A stretch of 38,485 nt of DNA from IMG/VR virus record IMGVR_UViG_3300045988_113345, positions 1-38,485 of that record. One strand, 5' to 3'. The notes below the pieces were generated by a model that saw nothing but the letters and a program-made list of their open reading frames with translations, was not told the origin of the DNA and made no database searches. Shown in pieces: positions 38,317-38,485 of this stretch (positions are counted from its first letter, which is position 1; every line of letters begins with the position of its first letter). This DNA is from a virus. Position numbers and translations under genes: made by a program.

Positions 38317-38485
38317 CCGGCAGCACCTCTTCCAACGCGTCTAAACCGCCATATATCCGCAATTGCAACGCCTCAATCACAACAAAGTTGATATATGTGC
38401 CAATGTCGACAAAATCAACATATGTATCTGGGTCAGTATCTCTCTGACCAGCTGTTTTCTGTACCATTGCTTGCCGGATGATGTC
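38309..38485 (-). CDS. 3' part of the junction-spanning 98-aa hypothetical protein
   Basis: In frame with 175-1 through the 55-bp overlap. Ends ...ALQLRIYGGLDALEEVLPGE-TAA at 38311-38309, overlapping the GTG start of the next gene. Confidence 0.6.
   Translation of the reverse strand, partial: DIIRQAMVQKTAGQRDTDPDTYVDFVDIGTYINFVVIEALQLRIYGGLDALEEVLPGE

Overview
The window is a complete, circularly closed phage genome with about 38,430 unique bp. Bases 1-55 are identical to 38431-38485, and a minus-strand ORF reads in frame across the join. The gene content is that of a temperate siphovirus of a Firmicutes-type host: GGAGG-type ribosome-binding sites (SDs), TTGACA/TATAAT promoters with TRTG or TG extensions, and Gp157, holin_4_1 and YjcQ families.

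Almost all genes are on the minus strand.

(i) Early/replication arm, 8522 down to 159, continuing across the junction from 38430 down to 35223. It holds a Cro-like HTH, four Zn-ribbon paralogues, Gp157, a Sak4-like ATPase, a DUF669 SSB-like protein, a DUF6291-like gene carrying origin-like repeats, a primase-helicase, an SF2 helicase, a VRR-NUC nuclease, a MazG-like protein and a sigma-r4-like late regulator.

(ii) Late arm, 35096 down to 13296. It holds TerS, TerL, portal and a MuF head protein with an extra C-terminal module, then an AT-rich accessory island (small ORF, YjcQ, DUF2829/Tad2-like). After that come scaffold, major capsid, connectors, major tail protein, chaperones, a 1184-aa tape measure, Dit, Tal, a collagen-like/beta-helix/LRR-like fibre and holin. 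An opposite-strand 3-gene cassette sits between holin and a dual-domain endolysin.

(iii) Regulation/maintenance region, 8.5-13.3 kb. It has several near-consensus promoters, two XRE regulators and two orphan small genes. An IS3-family element is inserted in the loop of a terminator. A Rep_3-type initiator sits next to 22-bp iterons.

I found no integrase, excisionase or partition genes, so a phage-plasmid lifestyle is my main inference.

All family assignments come from motif recognition by eye. No searches were run.
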